In this document: positions 1 through 14,289 of the stretch, piece after piece | Layout: every line of letters begins with the position of its first letter | Position numbering within the stretch: position 1 is the first letter of the stretch | DNA from: Octopus vulgaris | Taxonomy: Eukaryota | DNA: 64,000 nt | Assembly: GCA_951406725.2 (NCBI GenBank) | Contig: OX597816.1 | Span: 63,054,001 to 63,118,000, forward strand | Reading direction: 5' to 3' | Notes under the pieces: generated by a model | The model's database searches: none | Told to the model about the DNA's origin: nothing | Seen by the model: only the letters and a program-made list of their open reading frames with translations | Program-made: the position numbers and the translations under genes

Positions 1-538
1 GATATTCAAAATCTTAATGAAAATTCTTCGTAATTACTCCGACGTACTTTAGTTGTTTGAATAATTCATTTGGAATAAGTTTATTTAAGTAACTGTCTTT
101 TAAGATTGTGATAAGCCATGCAGCTATACGTCTAATATATATAATTTAATTTATAACAAATCTACAATCTACTATCTAATTATGAATAGATAGCGGTGCT
201 ACTTTATTTATTTTTTTGAAATGTGTCTGCTTAGATTTAAGAGTATAATCCTCATTAAAGTAAACTTTGGCTTATTATATGCGTGCTCTAACACGCTATC
301 GTAAAGATAGCGCTTTAGCAGTAGCAAGTTTTGATATGTAGGGAGTAATTAGTGTATGTTTTTACGAGTAAGTAAAAAGATAAATGGTGAATTGCATAAA
401 GACGTGGGGTTAAATAGCGAATGAAAAGTTGGGTGGAACCTGCCTTCACGGATCGCTAAACGTATGATAATATTATAGTATTCTAGCTATAACTATGTGT
501 TATTGTATCTGTTTTTCTGAAATGCATCTGCTTAAGTG

Positions 539-762
539 TATGTTACAAATTAGACTGTCGTTTGCGACCAGGTTTAGCGGTAATTTAAAAGCAGAATGAG
601 CTGTCCGTCCTCCTGGGGGAATGGTGGTAGCAAAGCCAGACTATAGTACAGCAACTGCAATTCTTTTTTTGTTGCCTTACCTTGGAAGAGAAGCAATGTT
701 GTTACAAATGCTTACCTGTGCCACCAGGAGCATCAAGAAAGAAAACTTCCCCCACTTTTCCT
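539..762 (-). pseudogene. Degenerate Helitron RepHel (Pif1-type helicase) fragment
   Basis: Minus-strand translation across a frameshift and stop gives GEVFFLDAPGGTGK ... RIAVAVL*SGFATTIPPGGRTAHSAFKLPLNLVANDSLICNI, matching Pif1 motif I (FLDAPGGTGKT) and the GGRTAHSxFKLPL motif of Helitron helicases. Confidence 0.8.
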
Positions 763-797
763 GGCGATTGTGGAACGCCACACGCACACACATACAC

Positions 798-836
<39 letters not shown>

Positions 837-1322
837 GTATCAAACATCAGATGAAATGGACGCGTGTGAGAGACAGAGAGACAGAGCAAATGAAGGGGTG
901 TGTTGTCGTGTATACGTCCATACATCTATTTTATATGTATGTGTGCATGTGTGTGTGGGAGAGTGAGAGAGAGAGAGAGAGAGAAAGTGAGTGCCACTTA
1001 GACATCACTCTCTGTCTGTCTCTGTCTCTGTCTCCCTCTCTCTCTCTCAAAAAGATGCATGCATATGTATTTATGTATGTACATATACATGACAACATAC
1101 TCCTTCACTCTCTCTCTCTCTCACGCACACAAACACACACATAAATGTATACAAGCGTAGATACAAAAACACACGTTCACGCAAAAAGTAAATGGAAAAA
1201 AAATTACGGAAACTAACGAAGTGTGCGGGTTCAAGCGAAAGAATGCCCATAATTTTGTCGACGCCCCATGTTGAATTTCAAAATTTTATTGTGATATTTG
1301 TGTAATAACGAAATCGTACCTG

Positions 1323-1357
<35 letters not shown>

Positions 1358-1817
1358 TAAGAGAGAGAGAGAGGTGGGGAGAGAGAATTGGAAAGAGAGG
1401 GAAGGAGAGGGAGAGAAAGGTGGGGAGAGAGAACATTGCAGACAACGAATGAAATAAACATGAAATGAAAAAATCGTATAAATAAAAGTTTGTTAAAAAC
1501 CATCTTGTACGGGAAATTTAAATTTGTGAACTTGGTAAATATTTCTTTTAGTAATTTATCGTGGTTGTTTACAAATAGCGAATTAAAACTTGAAATGCAA
1601 ACATTATACGTCAATGCCGGAAGTTGACATTGAGAAACCTTTTACAGACGTGAATCATGAATTGAAAGCAATATTATTCATTTTTAATAAAAGTAAATAA
1701 ATGAATAAATAAACTGATGACCGCATATATGTATCCGAGGTCAAGTTATTCATGCATCCCAAGTATGGAAGCAATTCGCGTAGCCGTTTCCGCATGGAAA
1801 GCGAACACACACTCAGG

Positions 1818-1848
<31 letters not shown>

Positions 1849-1949
1849 GACCGGAGTAAACACATAAATGTGAAACAAGGTGGAAAAAAGAGTACTCAAA
1901 TACCAGTGGTAGAGTAATATGCTTTATTTTAAGCAGCAGAAAATTCAAC

Positions 1950-1997
1950 AAAATCTGTTACTCTGAGTTTCTCGTTGCCGTTCATCAGACAGTTTTT
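1950..1997 (-). ncRNA. Minimal type I hammerhead ribozyme (dimer type), left arm copy
   Basis: CUGU-CUGAUGA-A-CG(GCAA)CG-A-GAAA-CUC-A-GAG-UA-ACAG: intact core, stem I CUGU/ACAG, GNRA-capped short stem II, near-palindromic stem III, GUA cleavage triplet. Confidence 0.8.
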
Positions 1998-3004
1998 GCT
2001 AGAATGGAACATATATATTAATTCAATCTATACTCTTACAAACGCTACACCTTTAAAAAGAAATGGACTTGTTTGATTGGCCCTTTAGAAAAAACGGTCA
2101 ATCTTCGAGCGATAAACAAAAAGGTCAAAAATATATGTATATATATATAAAAACTTATAAAAATTATAAAATCCGAGGAAAATACCGAGGAAAAAACCTG
2201 TTGCCGTTAATGAAGACAGTACAAATTAATGCATAGAAATTAAACCTGTTATAAATACTGCAATACATATTTATATTAAAATCCACATATATATATCAAC
2301 ATACACAAAAGGATGCGCGTAAACGCCATACATACACATACAGACGTATGAATATGAATCTAAATTATACACATAAAAGCATGTGTACATATATTCACGC
2401 AAACCGTCTCGCACGCAAGCTAAAATTCATCTATGTAGCAATTCTCATATACTGAGCAAGGAGGGGGAACGAAAGAAAGGGAAAGAGAGAAAAAGGAACG
2501 GAGGAGGGGTGGGGGAAAAAAACTTGTAGCTATGTTATTTGGCATCTATAGAGGCCTGTATACATACACAAGTTTGAATTGATACATATACATACCGTCG
2601 TGTATATGTGTGCTTAAGCACAAGCATACTTTCACTCACACATACACAGATACGCATGCTTACAAATACATATGCTTTGCTATACACAAACTTATATAAA
2701 CATTCTAAATTTGACAACATTGCTTTTTTTATAAAAAAACATTGCTTTTAAAAAATGGGTGCATTAATAAAAATATATACGAAAGACCTATAAAATAAAA
2801 TATAACATCCTATTTTGGGTCATTTATAAATAATCAAGGTAATATAAATAATCAAGGTAATCTTATGCAATACAATAACATGAAAACAAAGTTTGTAGGT
2901 TTTTCCTAATATATATGTAGAAACAATAAGACTTTGCTATAGGTCCGTTGTAGCTCTCAAGAGTCAAAATCAAAATCAAAAAATCAAAATACAAAATATA
3001 TACT

Positions 3005-3151
3005 CTATCCATATGGTATATTTATATTCGACATTTTAAATTTAGCCTTGTGCCTACATAAGTTCATTAATTCACTTCTTTGATTCAAAGAATTATTGTC
3101 TTTGAATAATATATGCATTTTTTCTAATAAGCAAAGCCTGCACTTGAAATT
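3005..3151 (-). pseudogene. C-terminal end of PLE GIY-YIG endonuclease ORF (mirror copy on + at 3152-3286)
   Basis: Reads NFKCRLCLLEKMHILFKDNNSLNQRSELMNLCRHKAKFKMSNINIPYG*; CxLCxxEKxxI...LNxRxE...CRH is the C-terminal signature of a group of invertebrate PLE endonucleases. Confidence 0.75.
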
Positions 3152-4292
3152 AGGCTTTGCTTATTAGAAAAAATGCATATATTATTCAAAGACAATAATT
3201 CTTTGAATCAAAGAAGTGAATTAATGAACTTATGTAGGCACACGGCTAAATTTAAAATGTCGAATATAAATATACCATATGGATAGAGTATATATTTTGT
3301 ATTTTGATTTTTTGATTTTGATTTTGACTCTTGAGAGCTACAACGGACCTATAGCAAAGTCTTATTGTTTCTACATATATATTAGGAAAAACCTACAAAC
3401 TTTGTTTTCATGTTATTGTATTGCATAAGATTACCTTGATTATTTATATTACCTTGATTATTTATAAATGACCCAAAATAGGATGTTATATTTTATTTTA
3501 TAGGTCTTTCGTATATATTTTTATTAATGCACCCATTTTTTAAAAGCAATGTTTTTTTATAAAAAAAGCAATGTTGTCAAATTTAGAATGTTTATATAAG
3601 TTTGTGTATAGCAAAGCATATGTATTTGTAAGCATGCGTATCTGTGTATGTGTGAGTGAAAGTATGCTTGTGCTTAAGCACACATATACACGACGGTATG
3701 TATATGTATCAATTCAAACTTGTGTATGTATACAGGCCTCTATAGATGCCAAATAACATAGCTACAAGTTTTTTCCCCCACCCCTCCTCCGTTCCTTTTT
3801 CTCTCTTTCCCTTTCTTTCGTTCCCCCTCCTTGCTCAGTATATGAGAATTGCTACATAGATGAATTTTAGCTTGCGTGCGAGACGGTTTGCGTGAATATA
3901 TGTACACATGCTTTTATGTGTATAATTTAGATTCATATTCATACGTCTGTATGTGTATGTATGGCGTTTACGCGCATCCTTTTGTGTATGTTGATATATA
4001 TATGTGGATTTTAATATAAATATGTATTGCAGTATTTATAACAGGTTTAATTTCTATGCATTAATTTGTACTGTCTTCATTAACGGCAACAGGTTTTTTC
4101 CTCGGTATTTTCCTCGGATTTTATAATTTTTATAAGTTTTTATATATATATACATATATTTTTGACCTTTTTGTTTATCGCTCGAAGATTGACCGTTTTT
4201 TCTAAAGGGCCAATCAAACAAGTCCATTTCTTTTTAAAGGTGTAGCGTTTGTAAGAGTATAGATTGAATTAATATATATGTTCCATTCTAGC

Positions 4293-4340
4293 AAAAACTG
4301 TCTGATGAACGGCAACGAGAAACTCAGAGTAACAGATTTT
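4293..4340 (+). ncRNA. Minimal type I hammerhead ribozyme (dimer type), right arm copy
   Basis: ctgt ctgatga a cggcaacg a gaaa ctcagag ta acag; core CTGATGA at 4302-4308, predicted cleavage after 4331. Confidence 0.8.
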
Positions 4341-4367
4341 GTTGAATTTTCTGCTGCTTAAAATAAA

Positions 4368-4414
<47 letters not shown>

Positions 4415-4418
4415 TGAG

Positions 4419-4478
<60 letters not shown>

Positions 4479-4532
4479 CAGACAGAGAGACAGACAGGTA
4501 GACCGACAGATAGATAGATATATATATATAGA

Positions 4533-4999
4533 CTAGCAGCATAGCCCGGTGTTGCCCGGGTATGTAAGAGTCTCTAGTAGGCAACGACTAACCCCAATCT
4601 AGTCTTTTCCCTCTAGGGAACGAAGGCGCATGTGTAGGTTGCAATGTCTTCTCTTCACTCGAATACTTCTGTGTATACGATGTTCCTAGCTGTCCCTTTG
4701 GGCGAAAACATGAAAACATCATTGCGCCTCCCAACGCATGAACTGCCCACGTACAGCCCAGAAAACGTGTTGCATATAAGAAGCTCAGATTATCGACCCC
4801 ATGTCGAATTTATCGATTTTTTCAGAACTGGGGGAACTTTTCAAAATTTTCACTGCGTTAGTTTTGAATTATGACATTGGGCTATGTGTGTGTCAAGTTT
4901 CATCAGAATCGGTTGAAAGCCGTGGTCAGGGTGAGGGTACAACCTGACAGACACACAGACACACAGACAGACAAACTGCCGTTTATATATAGAGAGAGA
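4533..4999 (-). mobile_element. Non-autonomous Helitron
   Basis: On minus it starts A|TC (tctctctctatatataaacggcag) and ends with hairpin cccgggcaacaccggg then CTAG|T; homologous to 23004-23385. Confidence 0.75.
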
Positions 5000-5001
5000 T
5001 A

Positions 5002-5105
<104 letters not shown>

Positions 5106-5174
5106 TAGTTTATCTCAGAAGGTTTCTATTATTAGGAGGATCGATTCGAGAATCGTAGAGAGATGAAATATAAT

Positions 5175-5628
5175 CTGTTCTACTCTAGGCACAAGGCCCG
5201 AAATTTTGGGGAAGGGGGCCAGTCGATTAAATCGAACTGAGTACGCAACTGGTACTTAATTTATCGATCCCAAAACGATGAAAGGCAAAATCGACCTCAG
5301 CGGAATTTGAACTCAGAACGTAAAGACAGACGAAATACCTATTTCTTTACTGTTCACAAGGGGTTAAACACAGGGGGGACAAACAAGGACAAACAAACGG
5401 ATTAAGTCGATTATATAGATACCATTGCGTAACTGGTACTTAATTTATTGACCCCGAAAGGATGAAAGGCAAAGTCGACCTCGGCGGAATTTGAACTCAG
5501 AACGTAACGGCAGACGAAATACGGCTACGCATTTCGCCCGGTGTGCTAACGTTTCTTATTTCTTTATTGCCCACAAGGGGCTAAACATAGAGGGGACAAA
5601 CAAGGACAGACAAAGGGATTAAGTCGAA
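5175..5628 (-). mobile_element. SINE family B (tandem-subunit form)
   Basis: Reverse complement of the recurring core ttctgagttcaaattccgccgaggtcgactttgcctttcatcctttcggggtcgat, present twice; B-box-like GAGTTCAAAT. Confidence 0.75.
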
Positions 5629-7228
5629 TTTCATTATAGTGTCCTAGCTAAAACATCATGTCTCATCGGTAGACAATACCATGATGACATTTTCGGACAA
5701 CTGCTTATGATGTGGGTGATCAGTCGTCACATTTTACTGCATTTTTATCCCTTTTGTGCATCAGGTACTTGGTTGATATTTCCTGTTCTTGGATTGCAGA
5801 CGCATACCCTTCAAAATCGGTGATAATAATCCGGTTATTTGTTCATGATAAACTGCTTTGATGATCAATGTTACTAACATCTCGAAGCTTTCTACTAACA
5901 TATCCATGCATAGTCTTCTGATCATATAGGCTCATCCTTTCATCTGATGGTACGTTGCCGTAGAATCGTGCGACTTCTTTGGGTATGTATGTATGTATGT
6001 ATGTATGTATGTATGTATGTATGTATGTATGTATGTATGTATGTTTGTATGTATGTATGTATGTATGTATGTATTTATGTATGTATGTATGTATGCATGT
6101 ATGTATGTATGTATGTATGTATGACTGTGTATGTGTTTGTTCCAGACCATTGCAATGATAAGCGAGATTGGTTTGTTTATGTCCCCGTAACTGAACAGTT
6201 CCTCAAAAGAGGCCGATGGGATAAGTACCAGGTTTTTAAAAACATAGCAATAAATATGGCCGCAACTCCATAACTGAAACAAGTAAAAGCTATAAACACT
6301 TTCAACATTTCTTACTCTCTCTCTCTCTCTCTCTCCCCTACATCTCTCATCCACCCCTCCTGTCTGTCTCTCCCTTTCCTATACTCCCTCCTCCTTCCTC
6401 CCTCTTTCTGTCTCTCTCCTACATTTCCTCTTCCCTCACCCTCTGTCTGTCTGTCTCTGTCTCTCTGTCTCTCTCTCCTCAAATTAATGGTATGCTTAAA
6501 ACGCACTCACCAGAACATACATTTACAAACTTATTATCAAAAATTCTGATTATTAATAAAATATTTCTTGCCAAAGCCACACGCCAATATTCATTTTTTT
6601 CGGCATCTGAGTTTTATTTGTTGATAAAGCCAACACATCTCCATATTTCAGTTTTAAATACTTTCTCCATAAATCCCTAGCGTACCTCCGTTTCTCTCAT
6701 TTGTTTTTTATATTCTATTTCATTTTATTTTTTTCATTCTTCTGTTATTTAATCATTTATTTATTTATCTATAAATAATGGTTGTTTACTTAAAACATAT
6801 TTTATATAAGGTTTTGTTGTTGTTCAGGAATAATATAGAGATGATGAAATAGATAAGAAATTTTTCTGATCATTGCAACTACCAAGACTACCACCGCCAC
6901 CACAACTACCACCATCTCTACCAACGCTACTGTCGGTACCACCATCACAACAACAACAAAAACAACAGCAACAACAACAAAAACGGAAAAAAAACAACGA
7001 AAACAACAAAATATTTCCAACGAAAGCGTTTATATTGAACTCATCGCTGAATTCAGAAATATCTATATATTTGTTATTTCTTTAATGCCAGATTTCCACA
7101 TTCCATCAGAAACCAAACAATGTATATATATATATATATATATATACATCATGTATGTGTGTATGTATGCGTGCATGCATGTATGCATGAATGTATGAAT
7201 GCATGTATGTATGTAGATTTATATATAT

Positions 7229-7303
<75 letters not shown>

Positions 7304-7454
7304 CATACATACATACATACATACATACATACATACATACATGCATACACACATATACAGACACGTATGTATATATGTGTCCTCATGTGAGTATGCACGA
7401 ATGTATGAATGCATGTATATATGAAGATTTATATATATGTTTACACACACACAA

Positions 7455-7543
<89 letters not shown>

Positions 7544-8106
7544 TACATACATACACACGTATACAGATACATATGTATATATGTCTCCTTATGTGAGTAT
7601 GCATATATGCTTGCATGTTTGTATGCATGTATGTATGTATGTATGTATGTATGTATGTATGTATGTATGCATGTATGTATATTTGTATACATTCATATTT
7701 GTATGCATGTGTGCATTACGTATTCTTTTATGCTAACATTCCTTCGGCTTGTCCAAGTGATCGTCCGTTTCTCCATATTGCACCTACAGAGAAACAGCAA
7801 GTGGTCCAGATGCATTTGCGTTATCTCTGCAAGTGCTTTCTGTGCAATTTTTGTTGTTGTGCTGTTGTTGTTGTTATTGTAATAGCTTTTGTTGTTTTCT
7901 GTATCTTTTTTTTTTCTTTTTCTCTTGGTTAGAACAAAGTAATATCCGATTTCGTCTTGGAGAATACGAGGAAAAATGGTTGACTTTAGGTGTTTGCATC
8001 AGAAGGGTTTAGCATTAATATTGTTTTTAATGCACAAATCTAGCCGTTTCTATTTCAGGTAGGCCAAATACAGAGAAGGAAGAAATGGATATGTGTGTGT
8101 GTATGT

Positions 8107-8165
<59 letters not shown>

Positions 8166-8252
8166 TGCGTGTGTTTGTTTGTGTATAGATAGATATAGAT
8201 ATAGATTGATAGCCAGACAGACAACTAGGTAGCTAGCTAGATAGATAGATGC

Positions 8253-8319
<67 letters not shown>

Positions 8320-8684
8320 CATAGATATAAGCAGAGTGACACAAAAGAGAGAGAAAGGGAGAGAGAGAGAAATGAGGAGAGAGAGCAGTGTTAAATGGAA
8401 AGACGGAGCAAATATTGGTTGGTAGGAATCTATAAAATGGTATGGAACATGATGAGAGGAAGGAAAGAGGAAGGCAAAGAGAATGATTTAAAGAGGTGAC
8501 CTCATACACATGCAAATATTTAGTAATATAAGCATACATACATATAAACATAGACACAAACACACACACACATTTATGCTTTTTCATGTTGCTTGTATAT
8601 GAATGTATGTGTAACAATTTTTTTATATACAAAAGCATATATATATACATATGCGAGTGATTATATGCGTGTGTGTGTGTGTGC

Positions 8685-8715
<31 letters not shown>

Positions 8716-8789
8716 CGTGCATGTGTTAGTGTATGTAGGTATATCTATATGTATTCCGTTTTGGTGAAACATTTCAAACTGCTGTCTAC

Positions 8790-8861
<72 letters not shown>

Positions 8862-8867
8862 TATATA

Positions 8868-8909
<42 letters not shown>

Positions 8910-9020
8910 TATACATATATATTTATGTAAATATATATATATACATATATATACATATATATTTATGTAAATATATATATATATTTACATATATACACAA
9001 TATATATATGTGAATGTATG

Positions 9021-9054
<34 letters not shown>

Positions 9055-9450
9055 TGTATGTATGTATGTATGCATGCATGCTTAAGAAATAGGGAGAGAA
9101 AACGTGCATAAAAGAGGGCAATATATGTACATGAAAAGAAAAAACGATCGAGAGAGAAATATAATCCTTCTCAGCTTGTGGAGTCAGCCATGTTTAATGG
9201 AAGCTGCGTCTAATCGAAATGAATAATAACCAAATGTCGTGAGTTCGTGTCAAAACATGCGCTGTATTATCCATGGCAAAAGCATTAAATACTAACCATC
9301 CCCTTGCTTATCCGGCAGCCGATCAAGGGCATTGAGTCTTGTGACATTGGCGTTCGATATGACTGCGTGTTATCTTGTGCAAAATGTCTTTTAACATTTC
9401 CCCCTACCCACACCTCTTTTCTTTTTTTTTTTTTTTTTTTTTTTTTTCAT

Positions 9451-9650
9451 AAGGCGGCGAGTTGGCTAAACTGCTAGCACGCCTAGCAAAATGTTTAGTT
9501 GCGTTTCGAGTGTCTTTACATTCTGAGTACAAATTTCGAGTGTCTTTAAATCTGAGTTCCGTGGTTAACTTTGCCTTTCATCCCCTCAGTGTCGATAAAT
9601 TAAGTACCAATTCAGAATTGGGGGTCGATGTAATCGATTTACGCCCTCTA
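9451..9650 (+). mobile_element. SINE family B, diverged
   Basis: aaggcggcgagttggct head and ctttgcctttcatcc core. Confidence 0.65.
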
Positions 9651-9653
9651 CAC

Positions 9654-9715
<62 letters not shown>

Positions 9716-9912
9716 GATAGGGGACATAATTCACAAAAAAAAAACAAGACGAAGACAGGTGGTGTAGACAACAAACAGATGTATTAGTTTAACGCTCGGG
9801 AAGTGAAAAAGTCTTTAACGTTTCGAGCCTACGTTTTTCCACAGAAAGGAACACAGAAATAAACAAGGAGAGAAAATAAAGAATATGTAGTGGATAGCGA
9901 TCGATCATGGCG
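9716..9912 (-). mobile_element. Short non-autonomous PLE-type element (family 2) with hammerhead motif at 9813-9848, 3' end abutting (TA)n
   Basis: Minus: cttt-CTGTGGA-A-AAACGTAGGCTC-GAAA-CG-TT-aaag; homologous to 20526-20680 and 51523-51712. Confidence 0.65.
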
Positions 9913-10074
9913 AATGTATTTATATATACATATAAATACACACACACACACACACACACACATTTATATATATACTATACACATTCACATACGCTCACAC
10001 ACAATTTCCATTTATTAAATTCATCCACAAGGCTTTTGTAGGCTCGGAAGTCGTTTCAGGGTCAATATGATAAA

Positions 10075-10600
10075 TACCTATTTCTTTACTGCCCACAGGG
10101 GGCTACACACAGAGGGAACAAACAAGGACAGACAAATGGATTAAGTCGATTATATCGGCCCCAGTGCGTAAATGGTACTTATTTAATCAACCCCGAAAGG
10201 ATGAAAGGCAAAGTCGACCTCGGCGGGATTTGAACTCAGAATGTAGCGGCAGACGAAATACCGCTAAGCATTTCGCCCGGCGTGCTAACGATTCTGCCGA
10301 CTTGCCGCTGGATAAATACCTGTTGAATACTTGGGTTAATATAATCGACATGCCTCCTCCGTTCAAAATTTCTGGCTTCTACTAAAATCAGAAAGAAACA
10401 GTCTTAAAATTTTAGGGTACGGCCAGCAATTTCGGGAGGAGGAGACAGTAAGCCGATTACACCGACCCTAGTGTTTAACTGGGACTTATTTGATCGATCC
10501 CGAAAGGGCAAGAGAATGTCAGCAAGATTTTGAATTCAGAACGTACGGATCAGGAAAAAATGCCGCTAAGCATTTTTCCCGGCCCGCTAATTATTCTATC
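10075..10600 (-). mobile_element. SINE family B copies (10075-10310 well preserved, 10410-10600 diverged)
   Basis: cccgaaaggatgaaaggcaaagtcgacctcggcgg core. Confidence 0.7.
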
Positions 10601-10914
10601 ACCTCAAAGCGCACCTTGAGAACAGTAAAAAAAGTGGGGTTTCATATGGCGCAAGGTTAGCAAGTTTAGGCAGGGATAAGTCGACTGCAAACTCACCGCT
10701 TTAAAGAAAAGAAAGAGGAATAAAATATAATTCGTCCTGGGTATGACTTTAGGTAGTGGGGCCCTGGTTTGGGAGTTCCAGTGTTCTGAGAGACAAGTGT
10801 GGAACTACCTGTTCACCACTATTGTCCCTATGTCTATTCTAACTCGGAACAGTAGCACTAGTCAGTGTCTCAACTGTGGGTTGATTAGCATGTCTCCGAG
10901 GGAAGTTCATTCAC

Positions 10915-11335
10915 AGACACCCAATGGGCCCAAGGCTGTTGAGTCCCTACAGCTCTTTAGCTCCTTATATAAGAGAAGGTAACATCACACAAACCTTGTA
11001 TCCTCCTCAATGAGCCCAAAGCAGATGGGTCCTTTCAGTTCCTTAGCTCTTTATCTAAGAGAAGGTAACACCACACAAATCTTGTATCCTCCCCAATGAG
11101 CCCCTCTGCTATTTAGCTACCTGTCTAAGAGAAGGTAACTCCACACAAATCCTGTATCCTTTTGAATAGGCCCAAAGCAGATGGGTCCCTTCAGCTCCTT
11201 AGCTCTTTATCTAAGAGAAGGTAACTCCACATAAATCCTATATCATCTGCAATGGGTCCAAGGCAGATGAAGCCCCTCTGCTATTTAGCTCCTTACCTTA
11301 GAGAAGGTAATTCCATACAAATCCTGTATCCTCAT
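10915..11335 (+). repeat. About 5 copies of a 70-87 bp minisatellite, possibly within a retroelement 5' region
   Basis: agagaaggtaa..cacacaaatcctgtatcct recurs at about 10971, 11057, 11127, 11212 and 11300. Confidence 0.75.
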
Positions 11336-12439
11336 AACTACAGGGCTTGTGGCACTTATTGCTCCAGACTAGTACAAGTTTGAAGGACGAGGGGTTGTGA
11401 CTGGCTCTGCGCAAACCATGCCTACTAAAATAATATTAATGGTACAGGTTCTTCGGCAAACCAAGACACGATCGGTATCTGCATCTTGCCTAACCCTCGT
11501 TCGTCGACGATGGAGTCCAACAGCAATTATTATTTTATTCATGAGTTCAAATGCTTGCAGAAAAGTCCTTCTTTATTCAAGTCGTTTACTCAATGTTCTA
11601 AGTCGTAGCCGTAACCCAGTGCAAGTGCATCTAGTAAGTTGTACCTTGGGAGGATCATTATGCTAATAATAAACACACGCAATAGTTCCATTTCACATCT
11701 TTATTTGTCAACTGTATAATCATTGAGCTAAGTAACTAATCGATCGTTTGATTAATCGTTCGGTCAATCAGTCAGCCAGGTTTGTCAAAGTCCTTTCGTC
11801 ACCATCAATGGTGTACCCTCTCTTCTGCCGTCAATCAGTTAATTGGTTAAATGGTTAAACCAATTGTAAAATAAAGAAGTAAAAGAGAATCAGTGCGTGT
11901 GTATATTATTGGCAAAATGACCCTCTTAATATACAAGAAAATATGTTTCAACACAAGAGTTCACATCAAGAATTTCGCAAATCAAATATAAAAATTGAGT
12001 ATCTGTTAAAGCTATTGTGATATACACTCGGCTAATCACATTCCTCATACCAGTTCTTTCAGGACAAGAATACGCTGTGATCACCACCACACCATTGACG
12101 ACCCTACTATTTTATGATGTCGCTCGATGGCTGGCCTTCCGTATTTTATGGGCGCCAATTTGATTGGTCCAACCGTCTTACTTTTGTGAAGGAGAGAGAA
12201 AGTACATTTCATTTTTAGTCTGTTTGTTGTAAAGATAATTAAATTCGACTGTTGAATCATTTTTAATCTGTTTGATAGACAATAGGAATCATAAAATTCC
12301 AATCACATACAGGAATTTCGAATTAAACTGAAATCCTTAAATGTTATGTCGGATTTAAGACTGTTTATGAGAATTAAGATAAATAAAGAGAGAAAGATAA
12401 TATCATCACGTTTTAAAATGTTTATTTTTATTTTTAGCA

Positions 12440-12915
<476 letters not shown>

Positions 12916-13552
12916 GAGTAACGAAACTCAAATTGAATAAAGCTGTGAATAGACTCCTGTAGAACATTAGATTTTAAAGGGAAAAAAATCATAGAAAAGA
13001 AAAAAAAAACGAATGACAACCCTTGAAACTCGAAGCCAGCATTCTGCATACTATCATTTATAGCTCTGTGTACTTCCAGTTTCCTCAGTTAAAATGATTT
13101 ATTTCCTTACTCTCAATTTCGGAAGATAAAATAAATTCTTAGTGTAAATAACATACAATTCTCGGTGGTAAAAACAAAGCTGCTAAACCAGGTAAAGCGC
13201 ATGGGATAAGTTGCTTTGGTATAAAGTTAGCGCATTTGTTATGTTCACTGAACACGTGGGTTCGAATCCCAAGGGCGGTGATGAAGTTTCTCTTTCTATC
13301 TAAGGGTGAATGGGGTTGCCTCATTTTCTAAATGCTATTAGATTTAAGGGTTTTTTTTACTTCCATCGTTAAAACGATTTATTTCCTGTCTCCTGAAATT
13401 CTATAAAAAATATTTTATATCTTTACGAGAAACAAAGACGATTTGTTTTAAAGGGAAGGAAAATAATTTTTTTAAATTTTCGGATTGCATATCGGCATAA
13501 ACTGGTGTTGAATGAGGGAACAGAAAATTTCATAAATATGTATATACACCGT

Positions 13553-13890
13553 AAGGCAGCGTGCTGGTAGAATCGTTAGCGCACCGGACAAAATGCTTAG
13601 CGGTATTTCGTCTGTCGTTACGTTCTGAGTTCAAATTCTGCCGAGGTCGACTTTACCTTTCATCCTTCCGCGGTCGATAAATTTAGTACCAGTTAAGCAC
13701 TGGGGTCGATCTAGTCGGCTTAATCCCTGTGTCTGTCCTTGTTTGTCCCCTCTATGTTTAGTCCCCTTGTGGGCATGAAAAAAATAAGAATCGTTAGCAC
13801 GTCTTTCATCACTTCGGGGTCGATAAAATAACTAATATTCGAGCACTGAAGTCGAAATTGCTGGCTTTGTGGCAGAATTTGCAACTAAAT
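13553..13890 (+). mobile_element. SINE family B
   Basis: aaggcagcgtgctggtagaatcgttagc...ttctgagttcaaattctgccgaggtcgac. Confidence 0.75.
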
Positions 13891-14289
13891 ATGTATACAT
13901 CGCAAAAAGAAATACTGCTGCGACTTTTATCTGAGAGATAATCTCCAAAAGACATGTTGTGTTAAAAATGCGATATATATCTAAGCGAAATGAACATTGT
14001 CGCAGCATTCATTCATGGAAACGTTACACTCGTTTCACTTTTCTTAGGGCTTATCAATAACGTCTGTATATTTTCACACGCTTGAGCGAAACTTGTGCCT
14101 CGATATAAAAGAAACAGTGAAAATGCATTCACTGATATTGCGAAAAACGGACCAAGCTGTAAAAAAAATGTGAGTGCAACTGAAGCAGAATTAAATTAAA
14201 ATAGCCATCTGTGTATCATACTAAATGTATAATGTAGCTTCATTGGAGTTCACCGAGTTTTTTTATAGCCGAACAAGCATTCTTCTGGC

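Larger units (their letters stand above)
1849..4368. mobile_element. 5'-truncated Penelope-like element with near-perfect inverted duplication (arms 1922-3139 and 3152-4368, 12-nt loop), flanked by (TA)n
   Basis: The arms are reverse complements (mirror ORFs 2535-2720 and 3571-3756; one substitution seen). GIY-YIG C-terminus at the centre, hammerhead near each outer end, 73-nt extra tail (1849-1921) on the left only, (TA)n on both sides. Confidence 0.85.

Noticed and set aside
676-762. Minus-strand GTAAG donor-like sites suggesting small exons
   Set aside because: Better explained as Helitron helicase codons (ggt aag = GK)
1210-1322. Possible minus-strand exon encoding MGILSLEPAHF; similar acceptor-like site near 7793
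   Set aside because: Weak splice signals, no recognisable product, no supporting partner exons
2535-3756. Identical 61-aa ORFs on opposite strands
   Set aside because: By-product of the palindrome, in low-complexity 3' UTR sequence
7180-7610. ~207-bp tandem duplication containing microsatellites
   Set aside because: Real but ordinary local slippage duplication with no further signal
10915-11335. Spaced repeats superficially resembling a CRISPR array
   Set aside because: Intervening sequences are themselves homologous; eukaryotic context; no cas genes
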